DNA of 63,254 nt, counting the filler, from Craspedostauros australis (Eukaryota), in assembly GCA_030167865.1 (NCBI GenBank). It is 8 parts of 8 records of this genome, joined end to end, with 100 filler letters (N's around TTAATTAATTAA, not from the genome) between each part and the next. Parts side by side here need not be neighbours in the genome. Positions count along the whole stretch, not along the records: positions 51,264 to 56,248 come from JALAGF010005851.1; positions 56,349 to 63,254 come from JALAGF010005852.1; 6 more parts are not named here. One strand, 5' to 3'. A model generated the notes under the pieces. It was not told the DNA's origin. It saw only the letters and a list, made by a program, of their open reading frames with translations, and ran no database searches. Made by a program: the position numbers and the translations under genes. This document shows positions 51,264-63,254 of the stretch, piece by piece (position 1 is the first letter of the stretch; each line of letters opens with the position of its first letter).

Positions 51264-54200
51264 TGTGCCGCGATCGTTGGGATGTTGATGGGTTCTTGGC
51301 GATGAAGATCGCTCCAATGTTGTCCACGCGGACCTTGATCGGTGTCTTCACTGGGACGCCCACACTTTCGAGTAGCTGCACGACGAAGAAGATTTCCTTT
51401 GCNNNNNNNNNNNNNNNNNNNNNNNNNNNNNNNNNNNNNNNNNNNNNNNNNNNNNNNNNNNNNNNNNNNNNNNNNNNNNNNNNNNNNNNNNNNNNNNNNN
51501 NNNNNNNNNNNNNNNNNNNNNNNNNNGTGTTCTTGTCTCCTGCATATTCGCTATCGCAGAAGAGCTCCATGTCCCAGCCGTCATCGTCTGGACGTGCTGG
51601 ATGGATCTTCAATCCATAGTCTTTTGTATCGATCACATACTTGATGATCCGATACATCTCCTTCATTGCAGCCTTGGTGGGCCCGATCAATACCTTGGAG
51701 AGTTCTCTCACAGGGTTTGCGATATCTGGTCGCGAGTGCTTGATGAGGAAGAGTAGCATACCGACGCCTCGGCGATATTCGGCATGTTCTTCCGGTCCGA
51801 CCTTNNNNNNNNNNNNNNNNNNNNNNNNNNNNNNNNNNNNNNNNNNNNNNNNNNNNNNTGTCCCATAGCGTTGCATCTTCTCAACCTTGGTTCCGAACTC
51901 TTCGATGAGGTGTCGGATGAGATGTGGTTGACGCAATGTCGCTCTTGTCTTGTCATGGTTCAGTTCGATGTTGCAGCTGAGGTAGTTGCCGAGTCCGCGC
52001 TCGATTGTCACCTTGAATTTGCTGTCTTGGATATCCTTCAGGAATGTCTCCAGTGCCTTGGAGTCTCCGCAACAGAAGCAATCGTCCACATAGATGGCCA
52101 CGATCATGCTTCCTTTGTTCGTCTTCCTGTAGAACAGGCACGGGTCTGCTGCGCTCTGTTCGAAGTTGATATTCTTGAGGGTNNNNNNNNNNNNNNNNNN
52201 NNNNNNNNNNNNNNNNNNNNNNNNNNNNNNNNNNNNNNNNNNNNNNNNNNNNNNNNNNNNNNNNNNNNNNNNNNNNNNNNNNNNNCAGTTCATGTAGATC
52301 TCCTCGTCGAGGTCTCCATGTAGGAATGCCGTTACGACATCGACGAGTGCGCAGTCCATCTTCTTGATCAACATGATTACCATCATGACCCGATAGGTCA
52401 CGTCATGGATGACGGGTGAGTAATGCTCTTGGAAGTCCACTCCTGCGACTTGTGANNNNNNNNNNNNNNNNNNNNNNNNNNNNNNNNNNNNNNNNNNNNN
52501 NNNNNCACGATCATGCTTCCTTTGTTCGTCTTCCTGTAGAACAGGCACGGGTCTGCTGCGCTCTGTTCGAAGTTGATATTCTTGAGGGTTGACACCAACA
52601 TCTTGAACCATTGCCTGGCGCTCTGCACAAGTCCGTAGATTGGCTTGTGTAGGGTCAGGGCTTCGTCTGGTTGATGATNNNNNNNNNNNNNNCAGTTCAT
52701 GTAGATCTCCTCGTCGAGGTCTCCATGTAGGAATGCCGTTACGACATCGACGAGTGCGCAGTCCATCTTCTTGATCAACATGATTACCATCATGACCCGA
52801 TAGGTCACGTCATGGATGACGGGTGAGTAATGCTCTTGGAAGTCCACTCCTGCGACTTGTGAATAGCCACATGCAACGAGTCGCGCTCGATGTGTGCCAT
52901 CACGCTTCAGCTTGAAGACCCATTTGCACTTGCAGCATCTGCGGCCGCGTGGTATGGCGTCTCGTTTGATCTTGCTGTACACCTTGCGTGTATCCATGGA
53001 GTCGAACTCCTTCTTGATGGCTGCTCAATATCCCTTTCGATGGATGGGATCTGGATGGTTGAAGGCTCCATCGAATGTCGTTGGTTCGATGTGCTTCTCT
53101 GGTTCCTTGTTCTCGTCCTGCATCGAGAATCCGATATCGATCGCTGGTACCTCGGTGATGATTGCGTTCATCCCGTATAGTCCTGTTGTGCTATGATGAG
53201 TGATTTCGATCTCTTCTTCTCCGTCTACGATTTCTTCGTCATCTGTAGATTCGTTGTTGGATTTGTCGGTTATCTCATCGCTCAGTTCGTCACTATCTTC
53301 CTCAGATGATGACTTGCTCTCATAGCCTTCCTCCTTTTGACCTCGTTCGTTGAAGTCTGCGAGCTCACGCAGAGCTCTGGGAATACTCTTCCCTGTAGTT
53401 GGCTTGGGATTAGCTTCTCCCTTCCTGCCTTGTGCTTCGTGACATCGGATTCTCTCCTTTCTGGCTATGTCACGTTTGCTTGGTTTGCTTGGTTTGCTTG
53501 GTGGAGGTCTGGATGGTGTGTCATGTGTAGACCTGGCTGGTGTGTTTGGAGGAATGATGCCTGTGTCATTGTCAGCTTCGTCGCCGGATGGTGTGATCTC
53601 GTCATCCTCATGATTGGATTCGCTCCAATCTTCGTCGTTGTTATGGATTAGTTGGGTTACTGCTCCATCGTCTTCGTCATCCTCATCGTCGCTATCTGAT
53701 AGGATGTGATACTTGTTCGTGTCAGCGAAAGACACTCTCTTCGCTTCCGATGTTAGACGCGTTGCCGTCCTTGGCGTTGCTCCCTTCCGTCCAATGGTTG
53801 TGAAGCCGTCTGCGTCCGTGGTTCCTACTTCGTTGGATATGTTCGGTGCTGGTGCCCAGCCGCGGAATTGTCCGTATGATTGGTTGAGCCATTTGATGTC
53901 ACGTGAACAGATCAGTGACTTGGTTGATGGTCTGTACATGTTGTAGACCCCTGATGCGTGTTGGTGTGCATATCCGATGAACACCATCTCTTCTCCTCTA
54001 TTCTTGAGNTTGGCGGTGATCCCGCCGTAGGTAGTCTTCACAACACCCACCTCTCCAAATGTACGGAGTGCATCCGCATATGGTGGATCGTTGCCGAAGA
54101 ATTGGCGATGTGGTGACTCCTTCTGATTCTTCGCTACGGTGATGTTGGCGATGGCGGTGGCAGTGCTTGCAGCTGCTGCCCACAGGCTGTGCCTGTACTC

Positions 54201-56223
54201 TTCGTCGAGTTGTGCTCCATTGAGCATGGAGCGGATCTTGGTGTAGAGGTACGCGAACTTGCGTTCTACTCTACCGTTCTGTTGCGGCGTGTTCGATGCC
54301 GTGAATTCGAATTTCACGTTNNNNNNNNNATCGATGAGAATATCCTGCATGGATTTGTTCTCTCCGCTGTTGTCTCCTCGGAAGATGATTTGTTGATCAC
54401 CAGTCTGTGACTTGATCGTCTGGACGAATTGTTTGATGTATCCTGGTTGATCACTCTTGTTCTTGAGAAAGAAACTCCAGCAGTGATCCGTGCAGTCGTC
54501 CACAATCAGGGTCCAGTAGCGTTTATCTCCGAAGCTTATGTGTTTAGTGTAACTAATGTCAATGAAGAGACGTTCACCGCTGTGAGTTGCTCTTGGGATT
54601 GTTGCCTTCAAGATGTTCTTCACTCTTGCGTTCGCGACCGCGCAGTCGCGACATACCGGCATTTCACCGATNATCTTCCATCCGNATTGAGCGGCTGTCC
54701 GCTTCATGGTCTTGAGTGGCGCGTGGCCGAGCATTNGATGCAAGTTCACNGCGCTGATCTCCTTGGATGGATTCTTGATGATGGCTGTGCAAGCCTTGTC
54801 GTCGACTGTTGGCATGATGGGATGCATCTGCACTCCCATGATGAACCCGTTGGATGTGGGGAAGACTCGATCGAACATGATCTTCGTTCTGGATCCGTTG
54901 ATGGTGTCCATCAGAATGCCGTTGCTACCAAGCTGGCATCCATTGTACAGAGCCTTGTTCGTTGAGAAAAGGTTCACCACCATTTTCGGTGTGTACTTCA
55001 CATCATCGAGCCGGATGATGTNNNNNNNNNNNNNNNNNNNNNNNNNNNNNNNNNNNNNNNNNNNNNNNNNNGATGAGAATATCCTGCATGGATTTGTTCT
55101 CTCCGCTGTTGTCTCCTCGGAAGATGATTTGTTGATCACCAGTCTGTGACTTGATCGTCTGGACGAATTGTTTGATGTATCCTGGTTGATCACTCTTGTT
55201 CTTGAGAAAGAAACTCCAGCAGTGATCCGTGCAGTCGTCCACNATCAGGGTCCAGTAGCGTTTATCTCCGAAGCTTATGTGTTTAGTGTAACTAATGTCA
55301 ATGAAGAGACGTTCACCNCTGTGAGTTGCTCTTGGGATTGTTGCCTTCAAGATGTTCTTCACTCTTGCGTTCGCGACCGCGCAGTCGCGACATACCGGCA
55401 TTTCACCGATAATCTTCCATCCGCATTGAGCGGCTGTCCGCTTCATGGTCTTGAGTGGCGCGTGGCCGAGCATTTGATGCAAGTTCACCGCGCTGATCTC
55501 CTTGGATGGATTCTTGATGATGGCTGTGCAAGCCTTGTCGTCGACTGTTGGCATGATGGGATGCATCTGCACTCCCNNNNNNNNNNNNNNNNNNNNNNNN
55601 NNNNNNNNNNNNNNNNNNNNNNNNNNNNNNNNNNNNNNNNNNNNNNNNNNNNNNNNNNNNNNNNNNNNNNNNNNNNNNNNNNNNNNNNNNNNNNNNNNNN
55701 NNNNNNNNNNNNNNNNNNNNNNNNNNNNNNNNNNNNNNACATCATCGAGCCGGATGATGTGGCCAGTGTTGTCTCGTTGCTTGACCTTCAAGCGAATGGA
55801 TCCCATTTTGGGAGAGTCCAGCTTTGTGCTATCTCCCACTTGGACGAAGGACTTGATGTGCCGCACGTTGAAGAGAGCGGCGTCCGAAATGACGATATGA
55901 CACGAAGCTCCGCTGTCGGCGAGCCAGGTGTCTTTGTTGACCTTGTCCTTGTATCTGCTACTCAGCTCGTGGAGCTGCTCCACGGCTGCTGCAGCTATCT
56001 CGTCGTCAAAGCTGCCGTCGTCTTCATCTTCGTGGACTCTGTCTTTGTTGTACGGATTGTGATGATCTCCATCATCCATGCCGTCATCGCTTGGTAGTTC
56101 TGCGTAGTCCGATGGAACTGTGCTGTTCTGATGGATTCTGGCCCCTGTGTCGTATGGCGCGACGTGTGGTCGCTCGCGCAAGAGCACACGCATGCATCCT
56201 CCAAGGACGTAGTGTAGATCCAA
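51264..56223 (-). mobile_element. Ty1/copia pol (protease-integrase-RT-RNaseH), fragmentary, with an in-frame stop
   Basis: WLADSGASCH, LHQMLGHA...CRDC, FIDI...GDNSGEN...QQNGRVERK, CKWVFKLK..RARLVACGYSQ, YVDD, SRPDIA, DSEYAGD, VDNIGAI; TGA at 53025-53027 lies in frame between integrase and RT. Confidence 0.93.
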
Positions 56224-56348
56224 TTCTGAGAGTTGATCCTCTTCTGCTNNNNNNNNNNNNNNNNNNNNNNNNNNNNNNNNNNNNNNNNNNNNTTAATTAA
56301 TTAANNNNNNNNNNNNNNNNNNNNNNNNNNNNNNNNNNNNNNNNNNNN

Positions 56349-56855
56349 TGACGAAAGAATCTCGGAATCTTCAGAAACAAATAATCTACCGATCGAGAGG
56401 AATCTAACGTCAGTGGGAACACGAGGAGCAGAGCATGAACGTCAGCAGAGGAGCAAGACCAGATATATATGGATGAGAGGAACCACTTAGGTAAGACGTC
56501 AGGATTAGAGACTGACGCAATCGAGTTCCTGAATCTCTGTCTGACACAACCAAGACCAAATAAGACAACAACACGACNNNNNNNNNNNNNNNNNNNNNNN
56601 NNNNNNNNNNNNNNNNNNNNNNNNNNNNNNNNNNNNNNNNNNNNNNNNNNNNNNNNNNNNNNNNNNNNNNNNNNNNNNNNNNNNNNNNNNNNNNNNNNNN
56701 NNNNNNNNNNNNNNNNNNNNNNNNNNNNNNNNNNNNNNNNNGAGAAAGAGGAATCACCAACCTACAAACCCGGGATAACAGAACAACTAACTTAGTGAAC
56801 CAATTGTAGCCCCACCCGGTCTACATGAGCAACAGGATTGAGACCTGTTTCAACA
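56349..56855 (+). mobile_element. Probable LTR 3' portion abutting the LRR gene
   Basis: Non-coding, A-rich, TATATA at ~56464, ends ...CCTGTTTCAACA directly before LRR coding sequence that lacks an ATG. Confidence 0.45.
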
Positions 56856-59800
56856 GGCGTAGTGTTCTCCCCCAGTGGTGAGAACAGCAGCAGCAACGGC
56901 AACATTGATGGCAGCAGTAGTAATCAGCCCACCGTAAATGGCCCTAGTGATCGAACGTCACAAAATCCGACCCTCAGACCCACAGATACACCGAGTGATC
57001 TACCCTCGTCGAGCCCAACTCATAGACCCACGGATATACCGAGTGATTTACCCTCGTCGAACCCAACGTACAGCTTCGATCAATCGGAAGCTTTCTTCGC
57101 CATTTGGGAGGTGCTCCTGCCCACACTCCAAGAAGAGCCTACCTTCATCGATACAACCATACTCGCCAGCCCAACCAGTACTGCACACCGGACATTGAAC
57201 TGGATGGCAAACAGCAACCACCCAGATCTCACATCAATGATTGCGGAAGATGCACAAGCCAATGTCACGCGCCTATTGGAGTACTATGCAGTGGTGAGCA
57301 TATTCTTTTCACTGCATGGAGCCAAGTGGAACGACAAGATGGGCTTTCTATCAGATGCTGACGTGTGCGACTGGCACTCTTCCTCTGGTGGCGTGGCATG
57401 CAATAATGGCCATGTGGTACAAGTAGCTTTGAGTGACGAAGGCATGCGGGGCACGCTCGATCCAGCCCTGTATCATCTCTCACACCTTGAGAAATGGTCA
57501 ATGAAAATGACTTCCAGCACTCGCGGACAGATCGATGGTATCATCTTCAGTCACATTGGCATGTTGAGTATGCTATCAGAGCTAACTCTTGTGTACATGG
57601 AACTGCGAGGTGCGTTTCCGTCAGAATTGTATCAACTTCCGCAATTGACACATCTTGACCTGAACTCCAACAACTTCGCTGGACCACTTCCTTCTCAGAT
57701 TGGTCGATTGACAGCAATGCGACATCTTGATCTGGATTACAATGACTTCACTGGACAGCTTCCATCCAAAATTGGTCTGCTGACATCATTGGCATGCCTT
57801 GACCTGGATTTCAACGGCTTCACCGGGCAGCTTCCATCCGAAATTGGCCTGCTGACATCATCGGCACGTCTTGGCTTGGATTACAACAACTTCGCTGGAC
57901 CACTTCCTTCTCAGATTGGTCTGCTGACATCATTGGCACATCTTGACCTGGTTTACAACGGCTTCACTGGGCAGCTTCCATCCGAGATTGGCCTGCTGAC
58001 ATCATTGGCACGTCTTGGCCTGGATTACAACGACTTGACAGGACCACTTCCTTCTCAGATTGGTCGATTGACAGCATTGCGACATCTTGACCTGGAGTAC
58101 AACAGCTTCACTGGGCAGCTTCCATCCGAGATTGGCCTGCTGACATCATTGGCACGTCTTCGCCTGGATTCCAACGACTTGACGGGACGGCTTCCATCCG
58201 AAATTGGTCTGCTAACATCATTGGCACGTCTTGACCTGGATTACAACAGCTTCACTGGGCAGTTTCCATCCGAAATTGGTCTATTAGCATCTTTGGCAGG
58301 TCTTGAGCTGGAAGAGAATGACTTGACAGGACGGCTTCCATCCGAAATTGGCCGACTGACAGCGATCACTGGTCTTCGTCTACGAGGGAACGACTTCACT
58401 GGGCGGCTTCCATCCGAGATTGGTCTACTGATAGCATTGTCACGTCTTGACCTGAATCACAACGATTTCACTGGACAGATTCCGTCCGAAATTGGTCAAC
58501 TGACCGCACTCACTACACTTAGTCTACACCGGACCAAAGTCACTGGACCACTTCCATCTCAGATTGGTCAGCTGACAGCTCTCGCCTCTCTTGATCTGGG
58601 ATCTACCGACTTGACTGGACAGCTTCCATCCGAGATTGGTCAACTGACAGCACTCGCCTTTCTTGATCTAGAATGGGCCAAATTCACTGGACAGATTCCA
58701 TCAGAGATTGGTCAACTGACAGCACTGGCACGTCTTGACCTGGGACCTAATGACTTCACTGGACAGATTCCATCAGAGATTGGTCAACTGACAGCACTCA
58801 CCCTTCTTGACTTGGAGACCAACCACTTCACTGGGAGGCTACCATCCGAGGTTGGCCAACTGACAGCGCTGGCACATCTTGATTTGGAATGGACCAAATT
58901 CACTGGACAGCTTCCATCCGAGATTGGTCAGCTAACATCATTGGGACATCTTGACCTGGAACAGGCGCACTTCACTGGGCATCTTCCATCCGAGATTGGT
59001 CAACTGACAGCGCTCACCTTTCTTGACCTGGATTTCACCGATCTGACTGGACAGATTCCATCCGAGATTGGTCAACTGACAGCTCTCGCCTTTCTTGACT
59101 TGGGACCTACTGACTTCACTGGACAGCTTCCATCCGAGATTGGTCAGCTGACAGCACTGGCACGCCTTGATCTGGGGTCTACTGAATTCACTGGGCAGCT
59201 TCCATCCGAGATTGGTAAACTGACAGCTCTCGCTTTTCTTGATTTGGGGCCTACTGACTTCACTGGACAGATTCCATCCGAGATTGGTCAGCTGACAGCT
59301 CTTGCCTTTCTTGACTTGGGACCTACTGACTTCACCGGGCGGCTTCCATCCGAGATTGGTCAGCTGACAGCTCTCGTCTTTCTTGATCTAGGATGGGCAA
59401 AATTCACTGGACAGCTTCCATCCGAGATTGGTCAGTTGACAGCGATCATGGGTCTTCGTGTACGAGGGAACGACTTCACTGGGCGTCTTCCATCCGAGAT
59501 TGGTCAACTGACAGCGCTCACCTCTCTTGACCTGGAGACCAACCACTTCACTTCGCGGCTACCATCCGAGGTTGGTCAACTGACTGCTCTCACATTTCTT
59601 GATTTGGGACCTACCGACTTCACTGGACAGATTCCATCCGAGATTGGTAAACTGACAGCACTCACCTCTCTTGATCTGGAATGGACCAAATTCACTGGGA
59701 GGCTTCCATCCGAGGTTGGTCAACTGACGGCACTCGCACGTCTTGATCTGGAACAGGCGCGCTTCACTGGGCAGTTTCCATCCGAGATTGGTCAGCTAAC

Positions 59801-62361
59801 ATCATTGAGACATCTTGACCTGGAACGGGCGCACTTCACTGGACAGCTTCCACCCGAAATTGGTCAACTGACAGTGCTCACCTCTCTTGATTTGGGGCCT
59901 GCCGACTTCACTGGGCGGCTTCCCTCCGAGATTGGTCAGCTGACAGCTCTCACTATTCTTGATTTGGGGCCTACTGAATTCACTGGGCAGCTTCCATCCG
60001 AGATTGGTCAACTGACAGCATTGAGATATCTTGACCTTGAACAGGCGCACTTCACTGGGCGTCTTCCATCTGAGATTGGTCAACTGACAGCACTCGCCTT
60101 TCTTGACCTGGATTTCACCGATCTCGCTGGACAGCTTCCATCCGAGATTGGTCAACTGACAGCTCTCGCCTTTCTTGATTTGGGACCTACTGACTTCACT
60201 GGGCAGCTTCCATCCGAGATTGGTAAACTGACCGCTCTCACCTTTCTTGATCTGGAATGGACCAAATTCACTGGGCAGCTACCATCCGAGGTTGGTCAGC
60301 TGACAGCACTCACCTCTCTTGACCTGGAGACCAATAACTTCACTGGGTGGCTACCATCCGAGATTGGTCAACTGACAGCATTGGGACATCTTGATCTGGG
60401 GCCTACTGACTTGACTGGACAGATTCCATCCGAGATTGGTAAACTGACGGCTCTCACCTTTCTTGATCTGGGATGGACCAAATTCATAGGGCGGCTACCA
60501 TCCGAGGTTGGTCGACTGACAGCACTCACTTCTCTTGACCTGGAGACCAACAACTTCACTGGGCGGCTACCATCCGAGATTGGTCAACTGACAGCATTGG
60601 GACATCTTGATCTGGGTCCTACTGACTTCACTGGACAGATTCCATCTGAGATTGGTAAACTGACAGCACTCACCTTTCTTGATCTGGAATGGGCAAAATT
60701 CACTGAGCAGCTTCCATTCGAGATTGGTCAGCTGACAGCTCTCACTTTTCTTGATTTGGGACCAACTGACTTCACTGGACAGCTTCCATCCGAGATTGGT
60801 CAACTGACAGCATTGAGACATCTTGACCTGGAACAGGCACACTTCACTGGGCGTCTTCCATCCGAGATTGGTCAGCTGACAGCACTGGCACGTCTTGACC
60901 TGGATTTCACCGATCTCACTGGACAGATTCCATCCAAGATTGGTCAACTGACAGCTCTCGCCTTTCTTGACCTGGGATCAACTGACTTCACTGGACAGCT
61001 TCCATCCGAGATTGGTCAACTGACAGCACTCACCTTTCTTGATCTGGAATGGTCAAAATTCACTGGGCAGCTTCCATCCGAGATTGGTCAGCTGACAGGT
61101 CTCACTTTTCTTGACTTGGGACCTACCGACTTCACGGGTCGTCTTCCATCCNNNNNNNNNNNNNNNNNNNNNNNNNNNNNNNNNNNNNNNNNNNNNNNNN
61201 NAGGCGCACTTCACTGGGCGTCTTCCGCCCGAGATTGGCCAGCTGACAGCACTCACCTTTCTTGACCTGGATTTCACCGATCTCACTGGACAGATTCCAT
61301 CCGAGATTGGTAAACTGACAGCTCTCGCTTTTCTTGATTTGGGGCCTACTGACTTCACTGGACAGCTTCCATCCGAGATTGGTCAACTGACAGCTCTCGC
61401 CTTTCTTGACTTGGGACCAACTGACTTCACTGGGCGGCTTCCATCCGAGATTGGTCAGCTGACAGCACTTACCTTTCTTGATCTGGAATGGACCAAATTC
61501 ACTGGACAGCTTCCATCCGAGATTGGTCAGCTGACAGGTCTCACTTTTCTTGACTTGGGACCTACCGACTTCACGGGTCGTCTTCCATCCGAGATTGGGA
61601 AACTGACAGCGCTCACCTTTCTTGATCTAGAATGGAGCAAATTCACTCGACCGCTTCCAACTCAGGTTGGTCTCCTCGCATCATTGGGAACAGCCAGGAT
61701 CCCCGGAATCTAATTCAGAGCCATTGTCCCAACACAACTGGCTAAGCTTACACAGGTTGACTATATTCGCCTGAAACATAACAACTTCATTGGCGACCTT
61801 GACCCCCTCTTCTGCGCATCTTCATTCTCTTTCAGGTATTTCCGAAGTGACTGCGCAAGCGGTCCGCATGGCGAAGACCCAGAAGTTATCTGCACCTGTT
61901 GCACCTCATGCTTCTACACCAAGTACGAAACGATGGCAGCCCCCAAAAACAGATACGACCGATTCAACGTCAATGTAGGCAACTTATACGAAGATATTCT
62001 CAAAGCAGCGCGATCGCACAAACAATCGCCATTTGCCACGGCCTTCTTCATTTCCATCCTTGTGCGTACCATACCTGTGGAAGACTCTCTCATTTCAACA
62101 CCATTCAACAAACGGGTGCCTACGCTCTTCCCAAAACAAGATGATCTCGCACACAAGCATCAGAGTGTTTGGGGAAGCACAAACAGTGACCATGGTGGGC
62201 TCAAACCAAATGGAATGAAACGACAAGCGTTCCTTGATGATAGTATGGAGCACGTCACAGAATGGTTCGAGTGGGTATACGGCAAATATCCAATAAAGAA
62301 AACATATCAAGTTGATGGTTTCTTCACGAACACATTTCTCTACTTAATTTGTGGAATGTGA
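56856..62361 (+). pseudogene. Giant LRR surface-receptor-like gene (at least 56 x 24-aa units), 5' truncated, in-frame TAA at 61711-61713
   Basis: PT/PS stalk, N-cap (YYAVVSIFFSLHGAKW...VCDW...VAC), LxxLxLxx(N/T)xFTGxLPSEIGxL units from 57648 with a gap at 61152-61201. After the TAA the frame continues through one more LRR, a C-cap (SDC...EVICTCCTSC) and on to 62361. Confidence 0.85.
57648..61680 (+). repeat. 72-nt coding tandem array
   Basis: 49 indel-free units before the gap and 7 after; conserved CTTGAYCTGG, TTCACTGG and CCATCCGAGATTGGTCA blocks. Confidence 0.97.
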
Positions 62362-63254
62362 GTGACAACGGACGAAATAGTTGTAACGGACCCTCTGGGT
62401 CTTGGAGTCGTCGTTGTTGGCTTTCGCTCGTCTTCCTCATCCCATCGCCTCGTGTTCGCGGTCCTGGTGGTGTTTAGGGGGATATCGCATTTCACATTGC
62501 GAGTCCCACGGTACAAAATAACCTGATAATGACATTTTTAGAGGGGCAACATGCGAACTTCCCCCTCGGAAAGTGAAACTCGATTGCGTTTTAGGAGCCA
62601 AAAACANNNNNNNNNNNNNNNNNNNNNNNNNNNNNNNNNNNNNNNNNNNNNNNNNNNNNNNNNNNNNNNNCCAATCATTTCTCTTCATTTGCAGCAATGT
62701 TGAGTCGTCCTTGTCGTGCTGATGATAGTTTTTATGAGATGCTAATGATGATGAAACTAGCATTCCGAATGAGGGGTGCATGGAGCGATAGAGAGTGATT
62801 GCGATGTCGAATATGCTTGTAATCTTCACATATGATATCTGCGCGCAAGTATCAAAGGCCCCCTTCATGATCCAGCTGAGGAATCTTTGCTCATATCCTA
62901 TTTCACCCGATGCAACATCCGCGGCGTGTTCCTGATGCTCTGAGGATTAGTGNAGTCAGATACNACCAGGGACTTCNACCAACGGACATTTTGCATCCTT
63001 TGGAGATCCTGAATGCCATATCAGAAGTCGTTGGTGGTCTCCAATCACCCCAACATGCAATCGCAATAGTTCTGTGTAGACTGGGTGAAGAGCTTCTATT
63101 GGACAACTACAGTGCAGGCATGAGCACCCGGACCCCAGCTAAACAGCAGCGGCACACGCATACATACAAGCATACATACAATGAATGAGCAATCTATGGA
63201 TTCCGTGCTCCCTTCGCGCCAAGCGCGAAGTTGAAAGGAGGCGGAGAAAAGCGC

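Noticed and set aside
52090..55580. Duplicated RT and integrase segments in the copia element
   Set aside because: Near-identical copies border N gaps, indicating a collapsed or misjoined repeat assembly.
7414..56348. Recurring TTAATTAATTAA palindromes as biological sites or piggyBac TSDs, and gene neighbourhoods across them
   Set aside because: Always centred in 44+44 N; these are assembly linkers.
57648..61680. 72-nt array as a CRISPR array or DGR target
   Set aside because: It is an in-frame coding repeat with no unique spacers, cas genes, template repeat or adenine-specific variation; the nearby RT is copia-type and on another contig.
62400..63254. Short ORFs at the window end
   Set aside because: Fragmented by Ns and stops; no recognisable motif.

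Overview
Eukaryotic DNA, almost certainly from a diatom (ASAFAP-type bipartite plastid presequences, GT-AG introns, diatom-type copia and LRR families, a silaffin-like gene). The window is not continuous: eight contigs are joined by artificial 100-nt spacers (44 N + TTAATTAATTAA + 44 N), so adjacency across spacers is meaningless. Host genes: B12-dependent methionine synthase (METH), plastid-targeted pyruvate carboxylase (4 exons), a divergent Rab7, a DHHC palmitoyltransferase fragment, a STAND/AAA NTPase, two long disordered proteins, a plastid-targeted unknown and a flavoprotein disulfide reductase pseudogene. Mobile DNA: two Ty1/copia pol regions, a piggyBac-like transposase N-terminus, a Sola3-like transposase and a two-gene PIF/Harbinger. 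Three items the ORF track does not show stand out. (1) A spliced, secreted, KxxK-rich silaffin-like gene (38716-40037). (2) Two diverged copies of a ~0.7-kb non-coding insertion with AGTT...AACT ends and exact 5-bp target duplications; one splits the Sola transposase. (3) A surface-receptor gene with at least 56 LRR units of 72 nt, apparently shuffled from a small module vocabulary, now disrupted by a 5' LTR-like insertion and a 3' in-frame TAA. Family assignments come from motif recognition by eye; no database search was run.
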